Origin: Octopus vulgaris
Taxonomy: Eukaryota
NCBI GenBank assembly: GCA_951406725.2
Contig: OX597823.1
Coordinates: forward strand, 53,754,001 to 53,818,000
Direction of reading: 5' to 3'
Length of the DNA: 64,000 nt
This document shows, in pieces, positions 52,200 through 64,000 of this stretch. The position numbers and the translations under genes are program-made. Each line of letters begins with the position of its first letter. Position 1 is the stretch's first letter. Below the pieces are notes generated by a model. It did not search any database. It had not been told where the DNA came from and saw only the letters and a program-made list of their open reading frames with translations.

Positions 52200-53419
52200 T
52201 ATGGATTTTTATTGTTTTTATTCTCCTCATATTTCCTTATTTGTCTGGTTTGAAACAAAACCCATGAGACTGACACTTCAAAATCTTTACTGTACAATTT
52301 CAAAAAAAAGTTATTGCGTATATGGAATGTTATTTGCGCGTTTTGTGTTAAGCAGCAAAGCAGTTTGGGAATACTTTCATAAGTAACAAAAGTCATCAAC
52401 GCCAGATTTTAAATTATACAACGATTTTTTCTTGAAAATAAATTTACAATATCATAAATAACTATATAGCGTGAAATCTATTGGAATTTACTGTAGTATA
52501 ATTTAAAAACTGACGCTGATGTTTCTTATTAGTTATGAAATTACCCGCAAGACTTACTGTAGTAAATTCTAAATTCAGCTAAAAGATTATTCCCCAAAAC
52601 CTCTGCAACTTGGTGCAAAGCACTTGAACAATATACTATAAATGCCATCACTATATTTTGAAAATGGAACTCTGAACGTCCTGAAACGTCAATAAACTAA
52701 TAGAACAAGAGAAGTTATAGTTCCAAACTTAGCATAAAGGACTAATAAAGAATTATAAAAAAATCCTCATTATAAGAAGATCTAACTTGGGCATAGATGT
52801 TCCGTGTCATGTGGCACATCCATGTCCATCATGGTCTCCGGTTTATGTGAGCAGTTTTGAAGCATGCTAGAAGAGGAGAGTTTGTTGACTCCACGCTCAA
52901 CTCCCCCCCCTCCCACCTTTTTTTTGTTAAATAAGGTAACATTGTGAATAGTCATATACTACTATATCACTGTGGAATGCAGTCGATTTTGAGAGAGAGA
53001 ATAAAATAAGCGAAGAAAATATTCAGTCACAGTACATGACTGATACTTTATATATTACTCACCGAAAATATTAAAAAGCAAATTTGACCTCTGCGGGATT
53101 CGAACTTATAATGTAAAGAGCTAGAACAGTTGTCGCAAATAATATTTCGATGCTGTATCGATACTACCAATTGATGACTTAAGTTGAACAAAAAAAAAAC
53201 GAGAGAATAGAATCAACCTCAGAAGGATTACAGGCAAATTTGACCTCGGCAGGATTTGAAGTTAAAAGGTTTAAGGCAAAAGAAACTTAAATAATTACCA
53301 CCTGGTATAATTGTTCGATACGCTAATGAGTCTTCCAATCAATGAAAAGGAAAAGGGGCAAAAAATGTTAGAATAGAATCAACCCTCGTCATCGACTTAT
53401 ACTTTATTTAAAACTGACA

Positions 53420-53737
53420 CTAGCGTTCCGTCGGTTACGACGACGAGAGTTCCAGTTGATCCGATCAATGGAACAGCCTGCTCGTGGAATTAAGTGGCTG
53501 AGCACTCCACAGACACGCGTACCCTTTATGTAGTTCTCAGGGAGATTCAGCGTGACACAGAAAGTGATATCGCTGGTTCTTTGAATTACAAGTATAACTC
53601 GTTTTTGCCAGTTGAGGGGATTGGAGCAACATGAAATAAAGCGTGCCTTGCTGAAAGATACAACGCAGCGCAGGGAATCGAATTCAAGACCTTACGGTCG
53701 TGAACCCAACACCCTAACCACTGAGCCAAGCACCTTC
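53420..53737 (-). mobile_element. Family D SINE with the third tail type, inside decayed family A copies
   Basis: Head ccctaaccactgagcc, V-like ggagcaacatgaaataaag, tail ccgtcggttacgacgacgagagttccagttgatccgatc. Confidence 0.78.
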
Positions 53738-54546
53738 GCGATACTTTACTAATTCATCCCCAGAATAATAATGAAAAACAAATCTGAACTCAGAGTACAA
53801 AGAGCTATTATCACCGCAAGGCATTTGTGCCCGACGTCTAATGACTGCATTAGAGGTAATTAATACTGTTGTGAATTGACCGGTGGCTTTAAATGTTTTA
53901 ACTTATGAGATAAGTTTTTTGATAATAAGATTATATATAATTTCCTAGGCTATTGACCTTGCCTATGTGTTTACAATATTTATCATCTACACAAAATCTT
54001 GATTGTTTTTTGTTTTTTTTCATATCCGACCGTAACCGGGGCCGTATTCTTGGCAGTATCTGTCTCAAACTGGATTCGAACTAAGATTCTTTTATTTTTA
54101 AACCTAGGATGATAACGATCTCACCTACTAGATAATTATAGATATAAGCATCGTACATATATGCTATGAAAAATATGCTTAATAGTCCAGAAAATCATAA
54201 TGCTATTAACCTTGGAGCTAAAACAATTATCGTCAGAAAAGACTGAAGCTAAATGAGACCAAACTATATTATGTAATAGCGTAACTAAACTCCGACAAAA
54301 TGCCTTGTGATATTCTGTTACATCTTTTATATAGGTTCTAATACAGCTAAGGCAGACGTTGACTTTTATCATTTTCATCAATCCACATACCTTCTACCTT
54401 ATAAAGACATATATTTATAGATAGATAGATAGATAGATAGAGATCTATACATATATATACATATATACATACGTATATACACATATATGTATATATATAC
54501 ATATATACATATATACGTATATACATACATATATACATTCATACAT

Positions 54547-54611
<65 letters not shown>

Positions 54612-54612
<1 letters not shown>

Positions 54613-54795
54613 TTTGGTTGTTCCTTCTCGAGCCATTCCTAGCTCATAAGCGACGGTTTCCCGGTTTCATTGGCGTATAGGTTCTCCACCCGGACGGGAC
54701 GTCGATCCGTCACGGGTGAGCTGATGGATGCAAGAAGAAAGAGTGAGAGAAAGTTATGGCAAAAGAGTCAGCAGAAGTTCGCCATTACCTTTTAC
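54612..54795 (-). mobile_element. Chimeric SINE 3' piece (family C middle plus family D tail)
   Basis: ccggtttcattggcgtat..ggacgggacg as at 4610-4650; agagtgagagaaagt as the reverse complement of ~7396-7417. Confidence 0.6.
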
Positions 54796-54805
54796 CATCG
54801 CTAGC

Positions 54806-54857
<52 letters not shown>

Positions 54858-55754
54858 ATGTGTACACTTCAAGCAACAATACATACAATTTTCAATGGAA
54901 ACATTAAAGTCGCAAACAGATGATTATGCAATTACAACAGAGGGCCACTACAGAATAACATAATGTAGATATAAAATAGGTGAAAAACATTAATTAGTAA
55001 CACTATAGTCCTATAAAGAATTTCACAAAAGTTGTCTCAAATCACACCCTGACGTCTTAGAATACAGGCAGATTTGATAATATAGACCTAAAGAGGATTT
55101 ACGAGAATGCAGGGCGAGGGCTAGGAAACTCCTTGGGGTTTCAGCAAACGCTTGCATATACTGAAAACTAGAATTCATAGAAGAGAAAGGGACTCAAAAT
55201 GAACTTCGTCTTCCCTGATAAACCGCCCCTCAGAAATCCCCTGGTCACAGATAACACTGTATAAATTAAAAGAGGATGGTCACAACTGAAATACCATTGA
55301 ACATAAATCTTCTGGGCTAGTCTGACATGTTCTTCATAACATGTTCCATCCCCAAAAAGGTGGGATGATCACAGCTGGAATGTCTTCAACCAAAAATATT
55401 CTGAACCATTTTTTGACTCGGAGGCTAAGCTTTATCTTCATAAGATCGTCCGTCACTTGCAACGATAGACTGCTAACATAGAGGTTGCTTCGGTATAAGT
55501 TTGAAAAAAAAAAAAAGGTAAAATTATCAAAGGGAAATAACTCAAAAGGGTCACTGGCATGTATCCGGATAAAAGAAAAGTATACCTCCAACAAAATAGA
55601 TGGGGAGCAAAGTAATTATTCAAAGCAGTCATGGGTAACCTGCGACCCGCGGGATTTTGGAATGGCACACTTAGCGAGAAATTACCTTCAATTTCTTTTA
55701 GTATTGCTGTCCCCCTTCTCGAAAAAAGTTGGCCATACCTGATCTAAAGCATGA

Positions 55755-55791
<37 letters not shown>

Positions 55792-56709
55792 TTCTCTCTC
55801 TCTCTCTCCCTCACTCTCTTTCCTTCCCACCGTCCGCCTCTCCCTTTCACTTTTCTCTCTGTATATCTTTTGCACTCCCTATCTCTTTCTTTCACTCCTC
55901 TCACTTCTATTTTATTTTTTTAACAAGGGGAATGAGTTAGCACCGAAGATGATTCCTTTGCTTTAAGGGTACATTTATGAAATCATTATCGATTACATTT
56001 TGATCACATTCTCCCATTTGCGACGATAATGCACCTGAGAAAGGCATGAATGTAAGACAACCCTCATTTCCTTTACCTCTTATACATTCTAACACTACAT
56101 GCTGAAGCACAGAATCATCGTTTCAGTCTACCTTTTTTTTTCCATTTATCTTTTTGTCCACCTTCTCCCTAACATTTTACTGCGCAATACGATATAAAAA
56201 TCAATGTATTCTAGAAATTTGATTGGCAGAATCGGTTGGGCTGGTTAGTTGATTGGTTAACTGCATCGGGTGTGTGGGGTGTTGTATGCGTGTATATGTG
56301 AGCGCATGTATTTATGCATGCATATGTATGTATGTATATATATCTACGTTTGTATCAAGAAATTTATGAGGCGCACTCTGCTGACTACGTGGGTTTCAAT
56401 TTCCACATGAACTCAAAAATATCAAAATACCAGAACAGAATATTTGAAATCAGAACCGGAGATCGAACTGTCTTCTCAATAAATTGAGAGAAGAGTGAGG
56501 CAAAAATTTATCAGACAAATGTATCTATAAAAAGAACTTTAGAAAGGAGATACGATTCTTCATATTGCAATATAAAAGTACGGATACGATAATGCTTGTG
56601 AATGTTATCGTGCTTATCAGGCAAATCAATGAATGTTTGCCTGCCTATTTGCATCTCTCTCTATTTTCTTCTCCCCTTACTTCTGTTTCTTTCTCTCTTT
56701 TAATATATA

Positions 56710-56758
<49 letters not shown>

Positions 56759-56818
56759 CTTATATATATTACGCGTATACGTACACACACACACACATAC
56801 ATATATATGCATGTATCA

Positions 56819-56856
<38 letters not shown>

Positions 56857-56893
56857 GTATACATATATACATACATACATACATACATACATA

Positions 56894-56938
<45 letters not shown>

Positions 56939-57628
56939 ATTGTATACATATATACATGCAAACATATACACAGAGGCATGTTAGACGTAAATAGACACCC
57001 CATTAAACATCGTTTTATGTTTATTCCAACTTGTAAAGATTTGTATTTTTTATTAATTGACATTTTTCTGTTCCCGGTTCTATATGTGACTGTTTAATCA
57101 TGCCATGTACAAAAGAAGCTGTAACAAAATGTGAATATCTTCTCTGGACCTTTTGGGGGTGCGAGAAGCAATCACTATCCGTTGCTTTAATAATCCAGAT
57201 TCTCTACCAGTCAGAAACAACAAGACGCAGACGTAAATAATATATATCTACTTTATTCTCTTATGACAGTAACAAATAAGTGGTATATCTGGGTATCCCT
57301 TTGGTATAGATGTGTCAGAGCTGAACTATATCGCTGTAGAATCTACAGTGTTCAAATGCTAACGACACTGGTCAAAGATGGCGTCCGGAAAGAGGAAGAT
57401 GATGTTGTCTGCAACAATTTGGTTAAAGCCTTCGGCCGACTGCTATCATAAAGGGACAGCGAGAAAATATACGTCCGTTGCCCTCGGTCGCTTTGTCTCA
57501 AGTCAATGACTGCTGCTGGACGCTAGTGGTCAACGTCCTACGACCCCCTTGCCTCGGCTAACTGACACGTAGGCAAATGGTCCTACTTCCGGTGGTGAAA
57601 GCACCAACCCCGCACGCGCGAAACAGGA

Positions 57629-57716
57629 ATGGACGGTGCGCGCGCGCGCCGCTGTATAGCGTCACTACAAAGCCTTGGAACTGTCTGAATTTCAAAGAGG
57701 CCGTATTGATGGTCTC
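57629..57716 (+). pseudogene. Tc1-like transposase N-terminal relic
   Basis: RHYKALELSEFQRGRIDGL resembles the LSEFERGRIIGL start of Tc1 transposases. Confidence 0.5.
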
Positions 57717-58293
57717 TCGTTCAACTATGCCCCACACGTAATAATCAAGGGGTTGCAGTCTGTGGAGTTAGGAGGTCAGATGTTGGGGTGGTGTGGTTGC
57801 AGAAATTGTATGACAGCCATGACTGGGGACTCCTACTTGTATGACATGGTGCAGAGTCCTGTTGCCAGACGTAGGGTCTTCCAGCAGTCACCCTCTTGAC
57901 CCAAGGCAGCATTACCTCCTCCAGGTACTTGATGTAGGCCTCCGTGTTGAGTTTGAGGCCGTGTGGAAAGATGAATGGGAACATAACGTCGCCTTCACTA
58001 GTGATCACTCCAAATACCATGATGTTGACGGGTTGTTTTGGAGACACGACAAGCCAACTTTTGTTGTGTGTTCATCATCTGTTCGTACTGCAGCTTCCAG
58101 TGTGAATGCTAAGCAGTACAGCATGTCGTTTCCAAATTTCTGGCAAAGTGAATTGCGTCATGGGGTTGTTTTTCTCACAGACTGTGCCCAACTGACCCTA
58201 CTATTCTATGCAGTCGACAAAATCATAGATAAACAATGCGCCTGCGTGAAATTAAAAATATAAAAGGGGTGACAATTTACGCATCGCACCCTG
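57710..58293 (-). mobile_element. maT (DD37D) Tc1/mariner transposon, internally deleted pseudogene
   Basis: IMVFGVITSEG..WQQDSAPCH..(W>stop)PPNSTDCNPLDYYVW, with 37 residues between the last two Asp after fixing one frameshift; terminus CAGGGTGCGATGCGTAAATTGTC next to TA at 58294-95. Confidence 0.88.
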
Positions 58294-58313
58294 TATGTAT
58301 GTATGTATATATG

Positions 58314-58356
<43 letters not shown>

Positions 58357-58361
58357 GTGTA

Positions 58362-58399
58362 TCTTTCTGTTGAAGAGCGTAGGCTCGAAACGTTAAAGA
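58362..58399 (+). ncRNA. Compact hammerhead-like motif with variant core
   Basis: tcttt CTGTTGAA GAGC gtag GCTC GAAA c GTT aaaga. Confidence 0.5.
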
Positions 58400-58725
58400 C
58401 TTGTTTTATTTATATTTCCTGAGCGCCATACTAATACAATTGTTCGTTTGATTTCCACCTGCCTTCGTCTTTTGTCTATTTTCATAAAGCTTCCCGTTAT
58501 ATATATATATACATACATATATATAGATTCAGATGAATATGGTACTTAAGTTGAGGCACCAGAATTTAGTATGGTAATTATCCATACAGTTTAAAATAAG
58601 GTGATTAATTTTAATATACATATATATATATATATATAGTTCAAATTTATAGAAATGTAAAAGACGAAGATAGGTGTAGGAACAAAGCATGTGTATCAGT
58701 TTGACGCACGGGCAGAATGGAAAAG

Positions 58726-58763
58726 TCTTTTACGTTTCGAACCTACGCACATCGACAGAAAGG
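58726..58763 (-). ncRNA. Compact hammerhead-like motif, decayed copy
   Basis: Minus strand cttt CTGTCGAT GTGC gtag GTTC GAAA c GTA aaaga. Confidence 0.45.
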
Positions 58764-58932
58764 AATAACAGGAATTAAATAGAGAGCGAATAACAAAAAA
58801 CGTGTAGATTCTGTGGGCCAACATGTGTGTGTGTGCGTGCGTGTGTGTGCGTGCGTGTGTGTGTGTGTGTATGTGTGTGCGTGTGTGGGAATGTGTGTGC
58901 GTGTGTGGGAACGTGTGTGCGTGTGTGTTGAC

Positions 58933-59212
58933 GCAGGCATGCTTGCACGGTTAAGAAGCTCGTTTTGCAGCTATGTTTCGGTTTCAGTCCCAAAGCATAA
59001 CACCTTTGTCATGTGTCTTTTACTAAAAACCTTGGTTCGACCCATACCTTGTAATGAATTTGTTAGAAGGAACCCTAGCGGTTCCGTAACAGATATCGAT
59101 AGAATAAATACCAGGCTTTAAAAATGCGTTCTCGGGTCGATTTGTTCGATAAAACCCTTTAAGGCGGTGGCTCAGCATGGCCGTAGTTCAATGACTGAAA
59201 CAAGTAAAAGGT
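58933..59212 (+). mobile_element. Old family B SINE lacking the internal microsatellite
   Basis: Degenerate head and core joined directly to tagcggttc..gatagaataaataccaggc..aatgactgaaacaagtaaaag. Confidence 0.7.
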
Positions 59213-59233
59213 AATTATGTGATTTAGTATATA

Positions 59234-59629
59234 CTAGCAGTATCGCCCGGCGTTGCTCGGGTTTGTAAGGGAAATAACTATACAGCATTTTTAGAGAGTT
59301 ATAGCCAAAATATAGCAAAAAAATGCATTAAAAATGGAAAAAAAATTATGGTAAATTTTTTTTAAATCGTTGACTCATCGTAGACATTTTTAGAGAGTTA
59401 CTTCCCTTTATTTAAAAAATATGCTTTAAAATGGAAAAAAATTATGGTAAATTATTTTTTAAATCATAGACTCATCGTAGACGCGCACTAATACCCAGAA
59501 GGGCTCGATATGAATCACGACTATAAGATACCCGGTTTTGGTTAAACTGAACCGCAAAATGTGGGAGTAGTTAGGAATCTAAATCATAGGAGACAGACAC
59601 TCACACAACTACAGTTTTATATATATAGA
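59234..59629 (-). mobile_element. Non-autonomous Helitron
   Basis: Minus strand a|TCTATATATATAAAA ... cccgagcaacgccggg..CTAG|t; A/T insertion site, no TSD; internal duplication. Confidence 0.88.
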
Positions 59630-59862
59630 TATCCTTCCCTTTTAAAACTGTTCGATATGATTTAAGAGATATTTGGCTGTCTTTTCCAGCAGGTCAAGCA
59701 ACCTTGTACAGTCTCAAACGGCTATTGTTCTTGTTGTTCAGTTTTACATTAACCATAATCGAGCGGATTCATGGTCATAGGCATTCCACAGGGGGTCGTC
59801 CATCCTGACTTTGGAATGGGGAATATATCTATGACTGCTTTATCTTTAATATGACCGTGTAT

Positions 59863-60338
59863 TGGATCTTTTCGGTTTGAACGGCAGTTTTTTCTAGTGG
59901 TGTCATATGAAATTGTCACCCATAATTATGACCCTAGTATCGATCTATTGCATTTCAATCTGTTTTAGGGTTAAGGTTAGAGTTAGGGTTAGTTAGAGTT
60001 AGTTAGGGTTAGTTAGGGTTAGGGTTGGGGTTAGGGTTAGTGATGGGGGGAAGGGTATCTTTTTTTCTTCACAAATGTAAATAAACCCAATCTGTTTCTT
60101 AAACGAGGGGCATATTCATACGGCACAGAATGTTTTCACCTCAATAGACGTCATTGATTGGTTGAAATTGCAGAAATTGAAGAAAAATAACAAATATCTT
60201 ACAAACTATAGAATTTTCTCAATAAAACCAAGAGAAAAAGATGTTTTATAAACACATTCTACCAGAATACGAAGTTTAAAAGTGTTTAGTTACGTGGAAA
60301 TTATTTTTAAAAACTGCCGGTCAAACCGAAAAGATCCA
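59863..60338. mobile_element. MITE with 29-bp TIRs and internal TTAGGG-like repeats
   Basis: tggatcttttcggtttgaacggcagtttt and aaaactgccggtcaaaccgaaaagatcca; GTGTAT duplicated on both flanks; ttaggg/ttagag/ttag array at ~59965-60040. Confidence 0.88.
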
Positions 60339-61007
60339 GTGTATTTTTTTCTTGCTGCTTTTCGTGAGGGTAAAATCTATCGGATAGGGTAATAGTTGGG
60401 GAAGATTTAACTGCTGTGTCTAGTAGATCGGAGGACTGCATACATAGTGGACCCCCCTCTTTTGTTCGCTGTAGTCGTGTTTTGTTGTTGTAGTCGTCGA
60501 CGTCATTTTGTCGTTAAAGATGATGACGATGATGATGACGGTGGTGGTGGTGGTGGTGCTGCTGCTGCTGCTACTGCTGCGGCTGCTGCTGCTGGTACAC
60601 GACGACGACTTTTAATACCAGGTCAACTTTGACTGAGCAAACAAACTAAAAGCAGTCTTATGAAGTAGGTCGAACGAATATTCTCAATATAATTGTTCCG
60701 GATGTCTGTCTCTCGTCTAGTGAAGACCATATTGCAAAATTAATATATACAGTCGTGTATCGTATTGAAGTTTAGACAATATTTGTTTTTGTTTTTGTTT
60801 TTTGTTGTTTATATTTGTTTGCTTTGTTGGGTTTTGTTTTTTATTCGGTTTTGTTTTTTGTTGGGTTTTTCTTTTTTTTTTTTCATTATCCAGTGTTCTT
60901 TCCCGTCTTTATGGCGTTTTGCTCAAGTTATTTTTCTGGTCAAGTGAAAAGTACCGGCTACGTCAACTGTTCTCTATCTGACTACGCGTCATTAAAATTA
61001 AATGAAA

Positions 61008-61517
61008 CTAGCAGTATCGCCCGGCGTTGCTCGGGTTTGTAAGGGAAATAACTATATAAGCATTTTTAGATAGTTACTTCCCTTATAGATGCCAATTCGG
61101 GCTTTCTTAGCCATTTCTGTTTTGGTGTCTTCAAGCCATGAAGTCGTTGTTCTAAAAGAACGCTGGTCTCCTTGACAACGCATTACGACGTTGATTTCTT
61201 TACACTCCCTTCCCCACAGCTTCACGAGGGAGGGAAGGGGGAGAAGCAAACAGGTGCAGCTGTGAGCGTGGACGCCAACTCCGCCGCCATTGACACACGA
61301 AAGATTATGCATTAAAATGGAATAAAAAATGATGTTAAATTATTTTTAAAATCGTAGACTCATCGTTGACGCGCGCTAATAGCCAGACGGGCTCGATATG
61401 AATCACGACTATAAGATACCCGAATTTGGTTAAACTGCACCGCAAAATGTGGGAGGAGTTAGGAATCTAAATCGAAGGGGACAGACACTCACACAACTAG
61501 AGTTTTATATATATAGA
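61008..61517 (-). mobile_element. Non-autonomous Helitron with a ~220-bp foreign internal segment
   Basis: Same termini as 59234-59629; 61085-61305 is absent from the other copies. Confidence 0.85.
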
Positions 61518-61564
61518 TTTTCATTTATTAAGCAGCAGATATTATAGACGTTTGATTTAAATCA

Positions 61565-62327
61565 GTTTCAAATTTTGGCACATGGTCAGCAGTTTCGGGT
61601 GTGGTGGGGAAGTCGACTACATCGACCCCAGTGCAGTGCTCAACTGGTACCTGTTTTATCGCCCTCGTAAGGACTAAAAGCAAAAATCGACGTCGGCGTA
61701 ATTTGAACTGAGATCGTAAAGACGGACCAAATGCTGCTAAGCATTTTAGCTCGGTATGCTAACGATTCTGCCAGCTCGCTGCCTTCGTCTAATTTGAAAT
61801 TGGCTTTAACTTTTACCACAAGGGCAGCAATCAGGGGTGGGTGGAGGTTAAGTTGATTACATCAATTCCAGTGCTCAACTGGTACTTATTTTATAGACCT
61901 CGAAAGGCAACTCGTCATCTTCGTCTAACTTAATATTCTACTCTAGGCACAAGGCCCGAAATTTTTGCGGAGTAGGAGGCCAGTCGATTAGATCGACACC
62001 AGTACGCAAATTGTACTTAATTTATCGATCCCGAAAGGATGAAGGGCAAAGTCGACTTCGGCGGAATTTGAACTCAGAACGTAGCGGCAGACGAAATACC
62101 TATTTCTTTACTACCAACAAGGGGCTAAACACAGAGGGGACGAACAAGGACAGACAGACGGGTTAAGTCGATTATATCGACTCCAGTGCGTAACTGGTAC
62201 TTAATTTATCGACCCCGAAAGGATGAAAGTCAAAGTCGACCTCGGCGGAATTTGAACTCAGAACGTAGCGGCAGACGAAACACCGCTAAGCATTTCACCC
62301 GGCGTGCTAACGTTTCGGCCAGCTCGT
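61565..62327 (-). mobile_element. Tandem cluster of family A SINEs including a dimer at 61936-62327
   Basis: Four core units; 25-bp direct repeat at 61911-61935 and 62323-62347. Confidence 0.85.
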
Positions 62328-62389
62328 AATCTTCGTCTAACTTAATAATGTTAACCGAAAACTGCTTTATAGAAATATCTCATAAATTT

Positions 62390-62745
62390 GCAGGCGTGGG
62401 TGTGGGTGTTAAGTTTGCTTCGTGCCAGGTTCAGTTCCACAGCGTGTGGTGTCTTATATTATAGCCCTGGACCGACCAAAGTTTTGTAAGTAGATTTAGT
62501 AGACGGAAACTGAAAGAATCCCGCCGTGCATGTGTGCGTGTGAGGGGGGGAGTGTATGTGCGTGCGTGTGTGTCCTTGTGTTTGTCCTTTACCACCGTTT
62601 GATAACCAGTGTTGGTCTGTTTATATCAATGTAGCTTAACGGTTCGGCAAAAGGGATTGATAGAATAAATACCAGGCTTTAACATACGAAAAAAACATGC
62701 ACTGGACTTGATTCGTTCGACTAGAAACAAGTAAAAGATAAAAGA
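62390..62745 (+). mobile_element. Decayed family B SINE
   Basis: Core atagccctggaccgaccaaag..agacggaaactgaaaga and 3' half. Confidence 0.75.
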
Positions 62746-63169
62746 GAAAAGATATAATTTTTATAGCTTAGTCGAAGGAAGGAAGGAAGGAAGGAACGAA
62801 GGAACAAACGAACGAATGAGAGAACGAACGAGCGAGCGAGCGAACGAACGAACGACAAGAGCCTGCGGCTCTTGACCGGACCTCCGAGGTTGATGACATC
62901 GGAGAGTTCGCTTGATTGCTTGCAACAAATTGAACAGTGCTAAAGTCACTCAAGTGTCAGTTAGGTCTAGGCATTAAACTAGCGACGGATTAAGTCTACC
63001 ATACAAAATTAATCCTGAAATCGTGCGATTGACTCGGCTTGCTGGAGATTTAATTCTTAATCTACTATGATAACTAGCCGTTGTAATAATTATTTCTTAA
63101 TGAAATCCAAGGACGTAAATTTATACATGTTGAACAAGATTACTCGAGGTACATCCTTGTCTTTTATAT

Positions 63170-63875
<706 letters not shown>

Positions 63876-64000
63876 TATTACATTATATATGTATATATGT
63901 CTACCTGTGTAAACTGGTGTCGAGTTTCGTCTCCCTCTCAAATCCATAACTAAGCGGTTCGATAGAGAGTGATAAAAAATTTACTACAGAAAAAATAAGT

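Noticed and set aside
59960-60045. True telomere or chromosome fusion scar
   Set aside because: Short, degenerate, single orientation and enclosed by MITE TIRs

Overview
AT-rich eukaryotic DNA made almost entirely of transposon relics and microsatellites. The SINE repertoire (tRNA head plus CORE-, Meta- or V-like domain), the Dong/R4-type and RTE LINE remnants and the very dense (TA)/(CA)/(CATA)/(GATA)/(TAA) tracts point to an octopus (cephalopod) intergenic or intronic region; this is inferred from recalled repeat families, not from a search. I found no convincing host exon, rRNA, intact tRNA or CRISPR array. Nearly all listed ORFs are microsatellite read-throughs or pseudogenised TE fragments. 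Main observations: (1) short units embedded in (TA)n carry type I hammerhead-ribozyme folds whose helix III is a different palindrome in each lineage (ACGATCGT, ACAATTGT, ACAGCTGT, ACGT), and several related units form long inverted repeats, as expected of Penelope-like or retrozyme-like ends; (2) an RLE non-LTR retrotransposon family is found only in (CATA)n tracts, beside (TAA)n-associated Dong-like LINEs and a ~550-bp non-coding (TAA)n-flanked element; (3) a compound Helitron carries a piggyBac fragment whose transposase sequence has become a higher-order tandem array; (4) also a Tigger4/MER46-like element, a TTAGGG-containing MITE, a 5'-inverted RTE and a CpG-rich 12-bp minisatellite. Boundaries of decayed repeats are approximate.
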